Positions 1 to 9,307 of a stretch of 64,000 bases of DNA are shown piece after piece. Below the pieces are notes generated by a model. The model was not told the DNA's origin and did no database searches. It worked only from the letters and a program-made list of their open reading frames with translations. The translations under genes and the position numbers were made by a program. Numbering within the stretch: the stretch's first letter is position 1; each line of letters begins with the position of its first letter. The stretch covers positions 2,917,031 through 2,981,030 of the forward strand of contig OZ241374.1 of NCBI GenBank assembly GCA_965200715.1, in the 5' to 3' direction. The stretch comes from Arenicellales bacterium. GTDB lineage: Bacteria > Pseudomonadota > Gammaproteobacteria > Arenicellales > Poriferihabitantaceae.

Positions 1-1146
1 GGTTTCTGCTTCAAACCCATAGAACGCCCCGACCACATCTGGGATACCATCTCGGTTTTGCCAATCACTAGCCGAATCGAAGTAATGGCCATAGAGACTA
101 AGGTCGTAGCGATAGCCGTTTCGATTCCACCAGTTGCCATCCCAGTCCGCAATCCGGTGAAAACGGGCCACTCCCGTTCCTCGATTAAAGTTAATGCTGA
201 GATCTGCGTCACCATGTACAGGTTCGTCATCAGCGTATCCAACCAAAGTACCGCTATACGATGCTCGGCCTGACAGCTCATCTAATCTCGGGGCTGCTAT
301 GTGTCCGGCATCTACCCACGGAATGACAACCGTTCCCTGGTGCAAACTGTGTACCCCAAAATGTACCCCGCCCGCATGATCCGCTACCCTTTTCATGTCG
401 GTATCCCAGGATCCCCATTCATACAGATCGTACAGTATGGACGCATCAATCAGCGGTACGCTGTCCAACTCCCCTTCTCGGTGATGGCGATAGGACATGA
501 TCGAGGTATGGACTGCGTGTGGATGCCCGCTAAGGCCGAAAGCATGAAGGAATTCATGCACCATGGTATCGATCAAAGCCCTCATGCCATGAGGGGTAGA
601 AAGATCATAATTAACCCGATCTCCAAGCGCATAGCCCCTTTCACCATTCGTCCATGCTACCCCGCCGAATTCTGGATCGTCATACGGATAAATCTCTACA
701 TGAATCACACCCTCCGGTACAAGAGACTTGGAACGCTCTACCTGATCATCCCGGTCTATCCCGGAAAACGTCCGGCGGGTTATTTGATAGGTATGCCGGT
801 ATTCCACGGGAAGGAATCGGTTGAGTATGCCGATTGCCCTCCGGATTGCCCAGACTTCCTGTTGTGTGCTATTTGAGGATACATGAACTTCGGGCAATTG
901 GTTCCAAGCATGAAACCATCCGTCTCCAGATAAGGAACAGTCCTCGTGCTCAAGCGCACAATCCTCATACATCGCTTGACGGTAATCTTGACGGGCATCC
1001 GGGCCAATGCCTTTGTGGTGTTTTCCGGTAGTGGAAACGGCAGCTTGTGGTTCGGTTTGATTTACCGGATCCAGATTGTCAGTACCGATAGAACCGCCCC
1101 CACAGCCTACAAGGGCAAGCATTAAGGCCAATAGGATCGCTTTCAA
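1..1146 (-). CDS. Zinc-metalloprotease lipoprotein (metzincin/serralysin-like) with TbpB-like C-terminal barrel; 3' end runs off the window
   Basis: The minus-strand frame stays open from TTG at 1146 to position 1, so it is absent from the ORF track (no stop in window). My translation gives KAILLALMLALVGCGGGS (lipobox), MVHEFLHAFGLSGHPHAVHTSIMSY, and IPDVVGAFYGFEAET at the window edge. Paralog of 17336..18556 and closest to the decayed copy 29830..31049. Confidence 0.75.
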   Translation of the reverse strand, partial: MKAILLALMLALVGCGGGSIGTDNLDPVNQTEPQAAVSTTGKHHKGIGPDARQDYRQAMYEDCALEHEDCSLSGDGWFHAWNQLPEVHVSSNSTQQEVWAIRRAIGILNRFLPVEYRHTYQITRRTFSGIDRDDQVERSKSLVPEGVIHVEIYPYDDPEFGGVAWTNGERGYALGDRVNYDLSTPHGMRALIDTMVHEFLHAFGLSGHPHAVHTSIMSYRHHREGELDSVPLIDASILYDLYEWGSWDTDMKRVADHAGGVHFGVHSLHQGTVVIPWVDAGHIAAPRLDELSGRASYSGTLVGYADDEPVHGDADLSINFNRGTGVARFHRIADWDGNWWNRNGYRYDLSLYGHYFDSASDWQNRDGIPDVVGAFYGFEAET

Positions 1147-1167
1147 AATTCTCTGTTTGTTGGTATA

Positions 1168-1199
1168 GAAAAAAACCGGGGCAGTTACGCCCCGGTTTG
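1168..1199 (-). terminator. Rho-independent terminator of the conserved CCGGGG-N8-CCCCGG family
   Basis: On the minus strand: ACCGGGGCGTAACTGCCCCGG followed by a T7 run, 16 nt downstream of the stop of 1215..3728. Confidence 0.8.
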
Positions 1200-1214
1200 T
1201 ATCAATATAGGTTG

Positions 1215-3728
1215 TTAGTTGTTATCCAGATTGACTCCGAAAGCTCCAACCATACGTCCCGTATTATTGTATTCGGAATGGAATATACCCGTCGCTGACT
1301 GAGGCGTACCAGCTCCGTCTTCTCCAACTGCAATATTGTTGCGAAGTTGTCCGGTCCAATCACCAGATTTAGTAGCATTGGTATCGGTGTCGTTCATTTT
1401 CCATGTGGTCATGGCACCGCTATCGGTATCTACAACTGTATCATCATCATCACCAGCATCACGAATTAAACCAGTATCGCCAATATCAGATTCTTCCAGT
1501 GCAATAGACCAGTCCCGAGATTCACCATCATCACCAACCTTGAAATTGTTAATGGTGCCTGAAATCTCGTCTTCAGTGAAGTTCGCATTCAGCGTGGCAT
1601 CGGCGATAAAGTGCCCGGCATCGTTGGTTGAGCCAGCGCGAATCGCATACTTGCCAGCTGCTCCGCCCTTGTAGGTTGCGGTACCAGTGAAAGCAGTCAA
1701 CCCAGTGGCGGCGGCGACATCAGGATCATCATTATCTTCATTATTCCTAACGGCAGTAAATGCACTGACCGTGGCTTTGCCCTCATCATCTTCATGCAAC
1801 CACCAGCCATAGACATTATATTCATTATCAGGCATTTCCGTTACTCGGTCTTCAGGTTCATTCGGCGTGAAAGTCCAAACACCACCTCCCAGCGTATAGC
1901 CTTCAGATGCTTTCGTTACACTACAACCAGTAGCATCAGCAGTCGGATTACAAGTATAGCGACCAGACACGCCGAAATAACTTCCCTGAATGAGGGGTAT
2001 ATTAGGTGCGTTTAGTGGATTAGGATCAGGCAATTTGTAGAACCTAGGCCCTGAAGTAGGGACATCGCGATCAAAGGTCGGGCTTGCGATCCTGTCCGCT
2101 TCTCCACCACTAGCAAGAGTTAATACTCCATCTGCGAAAGCGCCATCATCAGTTGCATCTAAAGTACCATCCGCATTAAACTTTCCTCCTTCCGTAGCCT
2201 TTCCTACATTCGAGTACAGCCGCGCCGTGTAGGTGCCGTTGTCATTATCAGTATCGTCAGGTACTGTCAAAGTCTGCTCGGAACCTACCCAACCGTGGAG
2301 AGGTGCTACAACAGTCTTGCTTGCCTTCAGTTCAATAGCACCAGGATCACCATCACCACCATCACCATCGGGATCAGGCCGATCGATCGTAATCAGTCCA
2401 TCGTTAGCAGTGGCACCAGTTGGTGTATCAGTATCTACAACAGTACCTTTATTGCCATCTTCTCCGATTGCGTCCCAAAGCTTCAAGGTCATGGCCAGAG
2501 CATCGGCATTCTCTTGATTATTCTGTTGGGTTTCTAGTCCTGTTATCCGAGTATCCTGCACTTCAGCCCAGCCTGACGCAGTGTCGAAGGCCGTCTGATA
2601 GGTGGATTTATCGAGAACCTGAGCAGCATTATCAAGAGCGGTTTTCAGTTCACCATGAGCCTCTAGGACGGTATTCAGTTGGGCGCGGGTTGGTGTATCT
2701 CCCGCTGCCTGTCTTGCATTAGTCAGTTTAGTATTTGCCGTATTCAACGCGTTGACCTGCGCTAACCGTGATTTCAGGGTTGCTATTTGACCGGTATCAC
2801 CATCTGCGGCAGCGCGCTGTCCCTCATACGAAGCTTTATCCGTATTGGCTACATCTGTCGCTTCGGTAATCCGAGTTTTCAGAGTGCCAAGAGCGGCTTC
2901 TACTGCTTCAATCTGCTCTTGAGTAACGGCATCCTTTGCATCAGTAGCTGCGCCTAATTTGGTAGTCAACTCTTCGCCAGCTGCCTTAAGGGCGGTTAAT
3001 TGAACAGGATTGTTAAGCTCGGCTCTTTTCGCAGCGGCGGCCATTTGATACGAACCTGCATCATCAGCGTCCTTGTCTTTTTCTTCCTGCTTAATAGCGG
3101 CATTGTTATCAGCTTCACCTTCAGCAGTGTCAACTTGCGCCAGTGTAGTCGCAGCGTTGATCGCGGTTATTGCAGCTTGAACGGCGGTATTAGAAGCAGT
3201 ATCCCGTTGTTGATCAGCGGCCATCTGAATCGCGGTTTTCCGATCAGTAGCAGCCATATCCAATCTTCCCTGTGCAGCCGTATCATCTGCCGGAATGTTC
3301 GGATTATTTTCCTTAGCCGTTCGCAGCTGAAAATCAACATCAGCGGCATCGTCTTGAGCCTTGATCACGACTATTGCAACATCAACGGCATCAGTGGTAA
3401 TCATTCCTTTCTTAGTGGTTGCCTCACCTTGCAAGGTTATATAAGCTTCCGAAGATATTGCACCTTGATCCAAACCTTTAATGACGGCATCTACTTCCAC
3501 TAAAGTTGTAGCGGCGTCAATATCAGCTGAAGCATCGGTAACGATCTTAGCGGCAGCCTCTGCAGCGGCAGCAGCAGCTTCTTCAGCGGCTTTAGCTTCG
3601 GCTTCAGCGACCGCAGCAGCAGCTCGTTCAGCCGCTTCCTCTTCGCTGATACCACTACTCCCGCCCCCGCATCCTGCGAGTGCCAGCATACCGGCTAATA
3701 GTACCGCTATGTATATTTTCTGTTTCAT
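1215..3728 (-). CDS. Surface lipoprotein, 837 aa: Ala/Glu-rich helical stalk plus TbpB-like C-terminal beta-barrel
   Basis: Lipobox MKQKIYIAVLLAGMLALAGCGGGSS. About 400 aa of A/E/T/D-rich low-complexity sequence. C-terminal GTATYKGGAAGKYA..GHFIADATLNANF..ISGTINNF..GDWTGQL..GRMVGAFGV pattern. Starts 28 nt after the porin stop, behind an AGAGGAA Shine-Dalgarno (SD) sequence. Confidence 0.85.
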   Translation of the reverse strand: MKQKIYIAVLLAGMLALAGCGGGSSGISEEEAAERAAAAVAEAEAKAAEEAAAAAAEAAAKIVTDASADIDAATTLVEVDAVIKGLDQGAISSEAYITLQGEATTKKGMITTDAVDVAIVVIKAQDDAADVDFQLRTAKENNPNIPADDTAAQGRLDMAATDRKTAIQMAADQQRDTASNTAVQAAITAINAATTLAQVDTAEGEADNNAAIKQEEKDKDADDAGSYQMAAAAKRAELNNPVQLTALKAAGEELTTKLGAATDAKDAVTQEQIEAVEAALGTLKTRITEATDVANTDKASYEGQRAAADGDTGQIATLKSRLAQVNALNTANTKLTNARQAAGDTPTRAQLNTVLEAHGELKTALDNAAQVLDKSTYQTAFDTASGWAEVQDTRITGLETQQNNQENADALAMTLKLWDAIGEDGNKGTVVDTDTPTGATANDGLITIDRPDPDGDGGDGDPGAIELKASKTVVAPLHGWVGSEQTLTVPDDTDNDNGTYTARLYSNVGKATEGGKFNADGTLDATDDGAFADGVLTLASGGEADRIASPTFDRDVPTSGPRFYKLPDPNPLNAPNIPLIQGSYFGVSGRYTCNPTADATGCSVTKASEGYTLGGGVWTFTPNEPEDRVTEMPDNEYNVYGWWLHEDDEGKATVSAFTAVRNNEDNDDPDVAAATGLTAFTGTATYKGGAAGKYAIRAGSTNDAGHFIADATLNANFTEDEISGTINNFKVGDDGESRDWSIALEESDIGDTGLIRDAGDDDDTVVDTDSGAMTTWKMNDTDTNATKSGDWTGQLRNNIAVGEDGAGTPQSATGIFHSEYNNTGRMVGAFGVNLDNN

Positions 3729-3756
3729 TGTTTATTCCTCTTAAATTAAATCGGGC

Positions 3757-4755
3757 TTAGAAGTCGTAACGAATGCCAATCCAGTGCTTGACTTGGTCGT
3801 CACTGCCGGCCACATCATTGTCGGTAGATCCGCCCTCATACCAGAGACGCAATCCACCGCCCATGTTGTGATACAGGCCAGCGGCAATCTTGCTGGGTTC
3901 GGCGGTTGATCCTTCGGTTTCCGACATGGAGTAGCCAAGCCATCCCGAAGTACTGTCGGAAAAGCTCATACCCACATAGCTAGTGACATACTCCTTATCG
4001 GGCTGGGCAACCCCAGAACTGTTTTCTGATTCATGTCTGCTCCATCCCAAAGATCCCCAGAATTGACCAAGCGAAACCTTGCCGGTAATCGCTGCGCGGT
4101 TATGCTCTAATCCATGTTTAGCAGTGGTGGCCGGAATGGACTTGAATGCTCCATTTTCGCTACCTGCCATTTCAGGCATTGCGGGGGTGACGACGATCTC
4201 AGTCTGATCGTCCACATCAAAGGCGGCTGCAACCGTCACATTATCCGTTGCGGCAACGCGGACACCAATACCGCCGCCATTACCGGACAGGTTGGCACCT
4301 TCACCGCCCTCATCACCGAGACGCAAATCTGCTTCTAAGGACAGCGGGCCGACTGAGTTGGAATACTTGATGGTATTGGGAGATCGAAAAGGAGTCGGAC
4401 TACCCACCGGCCCGACCGTGTAGGTTGGATCAAGATCAACCCCGACCGAGTTGTAGAAGGCACTCCACTGGTTACCGACATCAACCCGTCCGAAACCACC
4501 GGAAATCCCGGCCGTAGCAATCCGGGTAGAGGTGATACCACCGGCACCGTCATCGGTATTGGTAGCAAACTCGTAATGACCATGAGCGGTCAGACCGTTG
4601 CCCAGATCAGAACTGGCTTTGACTCCAAACCGAGAGCCAACGCCCTGGATGTCAGCCGTTGAGTCATTCGAGCCGCCCGTGTCCTCCAGGACAATTGCGT
4701 TGTTGATACGACCGTAAACAGTCGCCTCCGCCTGGGCTCCAAGCGGGATCATCAC
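3757..4755 (-). CDS. Gram-negative porin family beta-barrel (OmpC/PorB-like); 5' start unresolved
   Basis: EATVYGRINNAIV, GSRFGVKASSDLGNGLTAHGHYEF, NTIKYSNSVGPLSLEADLRL, alternating amphipathic strands, C-terminal IGIRYDF. The ORF-track start is a GVM-internal GTG that leaves only 8 aa before the AQA|E cleavage-like site. Confidence 0.85.
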   Translation of the reverse strand: MMIPLGAQAEATVYGRINNAIVLEDTGGSNDSTADIQGVGSRFGVKASSDLGNGLTAHGHYEFATNTDDGAGGITSTRIATAGISGGFGRVDVGNQWSAFYNSVGVDLDPTYTVGPVGSPTPFRSPNTIKYSNSVGPLSLEADLRLGDEGGEGANLSGNGGGIGVRVAATDNVTVAAAFDVDDQTEIVVTPAMPEMAGSENGAFKSIPATTAKHGLEHNRAAITGKVSLGQFWGSLGWSRHESENSSGVAQPDKEYVTSYVGMSFSDSTSGWLGYSMSETEGSTAEPSKIAAGLYHNMGGGLRLWYEGGSTDNDVAGSDDQVKHWIGIRYDF

Positions 4756-4779
4756 CGCGGCAGAAACGACCTCTGTCGC
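4750..4779. repeat. Invariant 26-nt porin 5' element (reverse orientation) with palindrome GGCAGA-AACGACC-TCTGTC
   Basis: CATCACCGCGGCAGAAACGACCTCTG is the reverse complement of CAGAGGTCGTTTCTGCCGCGGTGATG, which is found in all six porins. Confidence 0.9.
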
Positions 4780-5117
4780 TATTGGAATCTATCACGATAG
4801 CGACGAGAAAAGTCCCATAAGGATTTACGAATTGAGTTGTTTTAATGTAGAATGGACCGAAATATAGCGTAGGATTTGCGATTTCGCGTGTTTGAAAAAT
4901 GGAAAATTCCTTAGCGTATGATCCTGCCCATTTGTAGAATCGACCCCCTTTAGGATGATTGTCATATATGAACAAAAGAAGAGTTCGTACGTGAAATTTT
5001 GTTTGCTCAACCAAATCACTGAAAACCAGGGAATAACTGGATTATTATTTTTTTGGGACACAGTCCAAGCCAGTGCCTTAATTAGTTTTCTTTCTACCTT
5101 TCCTTTGGAGGATATTT

Positions 5118-5471
5118 ATGACTCAATCAACTAAAAAAACCAGTAATAAAGCCACTTTGGAATATGAAAACCTTGATTTGCCTCCAGTATATGTAGATGG
5201 TGCTCAAGGGACTTTGAGCCCAAATAAGGATGTGCTTCATGTCAGTTTTTCTGAACGAATAGCAGGCTTGCCATCACTTTCCGTTAATACAGAAATAATC
5301 GAAAGCCAAGATAACAAAACTTGTCAGGCAAATTTTGGTGATTGCTTCGGTTTAGACACAGGAAATATCCACTTAATCAGGCGTGTGGAGGCTAATTTAA
5401 TTTTCAGTCGACACTCATTGGAAGGAATAATTTCTTGGCTACAACAACAACTTAATACTTTGCCGAAATAG
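5118..5471 (+). CDS. Hypothetical protein (AT-rich island)
   Basis: 117-aa ORF with GGAGGA SD 7 nt upstream. It is followed after 11 nt by the next ORF. No domain recognised. Confidence 0.55.
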   Translation: MTQSTKKTSNKATLEYENLDLPPVYVDGAQGTLSPNKDVLHVSFSERIAGLPSLSVNTEIIESQDNKTCQANFGDCFGLDTGNIHLIRRVEANLIFSRHSLEGIISWLQQQLNTLPK

Positions 5472-5482
5472 GGGACAAGTCG

Positions 5483-6055
5483 ATGATAAATATTGAATTG
5501 AATAGCAAAATTGAAAGTTCATCGAATTCTCTGGATTCGCTTGAGATGATCATTCAACCTAATGGCAACTCTGTTTCAAATTTGAATATAGAAAAATCAT
5601 CAGAAAACTGTATTCTCGAAAATAACAGTATCAATTTTTCATTTTCCCATGATCCTGATTTTTCACCTAGGACTTCATCGTTGAATACGAATAATGAGCA
5701 AAAGGCGCTGGATGATGCACTTGCAGATATTGATTCTATCGCCAGTAAACTCCACGATTACGATGTAGAAGAACCGCCTGAGCAATCCGCTATAGACAAC
5801 GCACGGGACTTGCTTCAAAAAATTTTTAGGATTTATCCAGTTAAGTATTTTATATCTCCTACGGAAAGATGCGGCGTAGCCATCTCTCCTCCAATTCGGA
5901 AAGGAGGGGCTGTTTCGTTTGAATGTGCTCCAAGTGGAGTCGTTCATTGTTTTGCTTCTATCGATGGCAATCGCCGCCGTGCAAAATATTTTCAAACAGA
6001 TGATCTTCCTGACCCATTTATGGAGAAGGCATTGAAAGATCTTGCAAAAAAGTGA
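5483..6055 (+). CDS. Hypothetical protein (AT-rich island)
   Basis: 190-aa ORF tightly coupled to 5118..5471. No domain recognised. Confidence 0.55.
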   Translation: MINIELNSKIESSSNSLDSLEMIIQPNGNSVSNLNIEKSSENCILENNSINFSFSHDPDFSPRTSSLNTNNEQKALDDALADIDSIASKLHDYDVEEPPEQSAIDNARDLLQKIFRIYPVKYFISPTERCGVAISPPIRKGGAVSFECAPSGVVHCFASIDGNRRRAKYFQTDDLPDPFMEKALKDLAKK

Positions 6056-6198
6056 ATCGTGGATAAAGTTTGCGAAGATGAGCACGTTTGGCGCGATGTT
6101 TATCATCAAAATATAGAAAAATATTTGAAAAGAACAGAACGCCAAATAAATAGTTTAGCAAAAGCATTTTTTGGAGACAGGCAGTTTCCAAAAAAAGT

Positions 6199-6507
6199 TT
6201 GTCCAGTAATTTGTATGATCTTATTTCGCTAAAACAAGCTACAGCATTTTCAGATTCTAGAGCAGGCAAACACGATCCACCCAAAACGATCAGGGGTTGG
6301 TGGAAAATGCGAGTGGCAGATCTACATGTGAATAAAATGATAGTTGAACATGCCCCCATTCATACTGAATATTGCAATAATGATTACCATGCAGAAATTA
6401 TCTTTCCAGAAGGTCATTGTGATTCGTGGGAAGATGCTGAGGTGCAATTGCTGTGCTTTATTTCTAATGGGTCATGGCAAGATATAGAGAAAATAGATGT
6501 TTCTTAA
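6199..6507 (+). CDS. Hypothetical protein
   Basis: 102-aa ORF in an AT-rich region. No clear SD and no domain. Confidence 0.3.
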   Translation: MSSNLYDLISLKQATAFSDSRAGKHDPPKTIRGWWKMRVADLHVNKMIVEHAPIHTEYCNNDYHAEIIFPEGHCDSWEDAEVQLLCFISNGSWQDIEKIDVS

Positions 6508-7202
6508 GATTATCCACAGTTTTTCTTAATTCGCTATATTCTTGACTTCTGAATTAACGCTCAAATATTCGGTTATTATTGATTGTTATCTTACTAGAAT
6601 TTGCAAGTATATCTCGGATCTAAGCAAGGCGAATTTAATTTTCTTTGTTAGCGAGTTTTTGCTCGGATTCTAGGGTTTGTTTTCTATTTTGTGCGTGATG
6701 GAGAGGTGTTGGATAGTCACAAATTCGGGTAATCGATTGTAATTGAACGTCATTTTTCTCAATTTATGGCTACAGGTAATGCCAGCATGAGCCTGATGCC
6801 CATCGGGCGCTATCGAAAATCAGTAGGTGCAGTTCGGTTTGCTGACTCATAGCCAGCGACAGATGTCCTAGCCCGAAGTACTGATCGATTTGCAGAGTTA
6901 TTTACAGGGTATAGCCGAAGATTTTAGGCATAAGGAAACGGTGTAAATAAGCATAAGAACCAAGATTGCGGTTTGCTATTTGGATAACCCAGACATTATC
7001 TAGAAACCGTTTAAGTAATCCGGCTTTGAGCACCGATATTGCTTGATAGCAAACATGATAACGATCTGTTTGTTCTGGTCGCGAAGGAATTCGAGAAACA
7101 CCAGAAAACTAGTTGGCTTATCGTATAACACAATATAAATCATCGTGAAAATCCACCTAAGTCAGTGTCTCTCCAGCGCGGAGTTATTAACACTGTTTCC
7201 AA

Positions 7203-7814
7203 TCACTGGGTTGAATCTCTTACCACATTTTCGTGAAAACGACAAAAATGCACGGATATTTTAAACAGGAACATATAAAACCCAAACTGACTTAATGTGA
7301 AAAGATTTTGCTCGCAATCTAAACAATCAAAATAGTCAACGGGTATTGTATGTATGTCATCAAAATAGGCAATATATTCGTCAAACAACTCTCCACCTTT
7401 AGGCAAATAAAAAACTGATGTCACTTCCTGTCTTCTTATACTCTCAATTTTCGACGAAATTACGTCAACTGGTAAACACTGACTTATGAGCAATTCTCTA
7501 TATCGAGATAGACTGATTAATGGGGCGAATACAATGTTTGGCGGTCGTTCTCTTTTATTGGCGATATCCATGTCGCAAGTATTCGAAAGCAAAATTCCTT
7601 TTGTGCTGATTCTTCTTGTATCTTTGAATTGAACTATTTCGAGCGCATCCCAACCGTCGCCCTGTAGTAACTCTCCCTGATGATGAGTGGTGTAATATGA
7701 GGCACTCTCGCCTTTTTGGGAGAAATCCTCAAGTGCTCTTCTAAGTCCTTCTTTTTGGTTCTGGGTCAAATAATACGGTATATGATCTCGTAACAAGTCA
7801 ACTGATACTTCCAT
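7203..7814 (-). CDS. Hypothetical protein, third gene of an AT-rich three-gene operon
   Basis: 203-aa ORF, 10 nt downstream of 7825..8172 on the same strand. No domain recognised. Confidence 0.55.
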   Translation of the reverse strand: MEVSVDLLRDHIPYYLTQNQKEGLRRALEDFSQKGESASYYTTHHQGELLQGDGWDALEIVQFKDTRRISTKGILLSNTCDMDIANKRERPPNIVFAPLISLSRYRELLISQCLPVDVISSKIESIRRQEVTSVFYLPKGGELFDEYIAYFDDIHTIPVDYFDCLDCEQNLFTLSQFGFYMFLFKISVHFCRFHENVVRDSTQ

Positions 7815-7824
7815 GTTAATTGCT

Positions 7825-8172
7825 TTATGAGCCGTATAAATCTGATAGGTTTTCGTTCAATACTTGTTCAAATTCCTTTCCTAATGGTTTCTGCCTAGAA
7901 GATAAAGTTGCATAGAAGGTAGAAACAGCTTCAACAAAATCCTCGTCACGTTTTACTAAATGAGGATTCTTGGAAGAGTAAGTTTCTAGACTTGTAGTAG
8001 AAGAGATGCCGTCATAAGTATATGAAGACTGAGATAAATTCCATTTTAAGCCTGTGGCATTTTTTTCTGATGTATCAACAGAGCTCAGATACTGACTAGC
8101 TGTGACGCCAATCAAAAAAAGGGCATTGGCCAAAGTTGCCGAGGACTGGCGGGAAAGATATTTATACGTCAT
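7825..8172 (-). CDS. Hypothetical protein, middle gene of the operon
   Basis: 115-aa ORF that overlaps the 3' end of 8162..8920 by 11 nt. Confidence 0.5.
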   Translation of the reverse strand: MTYKYLSRQSSATLANALFLIGVTASQYLSSVDTSEKNATGLKWNLSQSSYTYDGISSTTSLETYSSKNPHLVKRDEDFVEAVSTFYATLSSRQKPLGKEFEQVLNENLSDLYGS

Positions 8173-8920
8173 ATTTTGGATTCAAGGATGCAATCGTTTC
8201 CTCTTTCAGTAAATTGAAAAATAGTCTTTTATTTTCAGCATGAATAGATTCAAGGCCCTCTGAGACATATTGGGGCCAATCATCAATATCACTAGATTCT
8301 GGCATCATAAATATAGTATCTATATCAATAATAACGCCTTCTTTTACCACATTATTATTGACTATCAATTGTGCTAACGAAAGAATATTAACAATGTTGA
8401 GAAATTCTTCATGTGAAATTTCCACTTTTAATGAAAAGTCTTGACCCTCAAGTTTGTATTGACCAATGGATATTGTTGATTCAAGTAAGTCTATGTATTT
8501 CCTTGATGCATCCATTTCCAAGAGGTCGACATACTTCAGCGAGTATCTATGGATGCTCTTTACGATTCCTGCCTCATTAATTATTCCTATTATCTGTCTT
8601 ATTTTGGATCTGAATGGACTCCAACCTTGATATGGCATATTACAGGAAACGGCCGCATTTTTGTCGCCTATCAAAACATCATATCCTTCAAGCTGGAGTT
8701 TTACCAAAAAGGCAAATTGTAGGTTTGGGTCATTTTGCCTAATTATTGTGGGTATCTCGTTTGCAGGGAGTTTCTCAATATGTTTATGACCATCTAGCTT
8801 GCTATATAAAATACCTGCCAAGACATCAGATGTTGGCATATCGCTCGAAAAGCGAATCTCAAAAAGAGATTCAATAAGCGGTTCTTTTTCAAGACTTTTA
8901 GGTAATTTTCTATCTGACAT
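8162..8920 (-). CDS. Hypothetical protein, possibly TIGR04255-family
   Basis: 252-aa ORF. The N-terminal EPLIESLFEIRF resembles the conserved start of TIGR04255-family proteins. This is from memory and unverified. Confidence 0.5.
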   Translation of the reverse strand: MSDRKLPKSLEKEPLIESLFEIRFSSDMPTSDVLAGILYSKLDGHKHIEKLPANEIPTIIRQNDPNLQFAFLVKLQLEGYDVLIGDKNAAVSCNMPYQGWSPFRSKIRQIIGIINEAGIVKSIHRYSLKYVDLLEMDASRKYIDLLESTISIGQYKLEGQDFSLKVEISHEEFLNIVNILSLAQLIVNNNVVKEGVIIDIDTIFMMPESSDIDDWPQYVSEGLESIHAENKRLFFNLLKEETIASLNPKYDV

Positions 8921-9307
8921 GTTTCAATGCTCTGCTACAAACCAGTAAGTCCTAAATGACTGAGTGCAGGTTAGATTTGTGGTCTTCAATGATAGTGTCT
9001 CCGCATTGTGGGGTTGTGACTCCATCCTGAGATCCATTCTCAATCGCAGTACCTTCCCTATCTGCCGATGGATGAATTGCATCACCGCTAAGCCAGAGTC
9101 CAATACAACCTTCAGAGGATGGAGGTCATCATCTCACTCCAATATGGTTGCTAGACCGGTAATTCCGATCATAAGCGAGAACTTCATGGAATGCAATAAC
9201 AGTCTTATCTTCAACAGGGCAATTTTATGTTTAGCCTCAAATATTCAATTATAAATAAATAACACAAAAAGCTGGACTTTTGAATTTCAGTTTGTTATGC
9301 TCTCGGC

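Noticed and set aside
58-1031. Plus-strand ORFs 58..273, 194..379, 301..876 and 834..1031.
   Set aside because: They are antisense to the protease-lipoprotein gene, which is open on the minus strand to the window edge. The mirror-image ORFs at 30117..30732 and 62141..62553 are rejected for the same reason.
1336-3503. Plus-strand ORFs (1336..1674, 1794..2015, 2233..2722, 3000..3503, 3481..3744) opposite the 837-aa lipoprotein gene.
   Set aside because: These are antisense shadows of a long, well-supported minus-strand CDS. They have low-complexity or Ser/Ile-rich composition and no SD.
4776-4830. The 38-nt block TGGGACTTTTCTCGTCGCTATCGTGATAGATTCCAATA upstream of porin 4755 as a mini-intron or translational bypass element.
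   Set aside because: The idea rests only on a 9-nt match (AAATCCTTA) to the S flank. The in-frame reading contains TGA TAG, and the resulting N-terminus would still lack a start codon and any basic residues. The evidence is insufficient.
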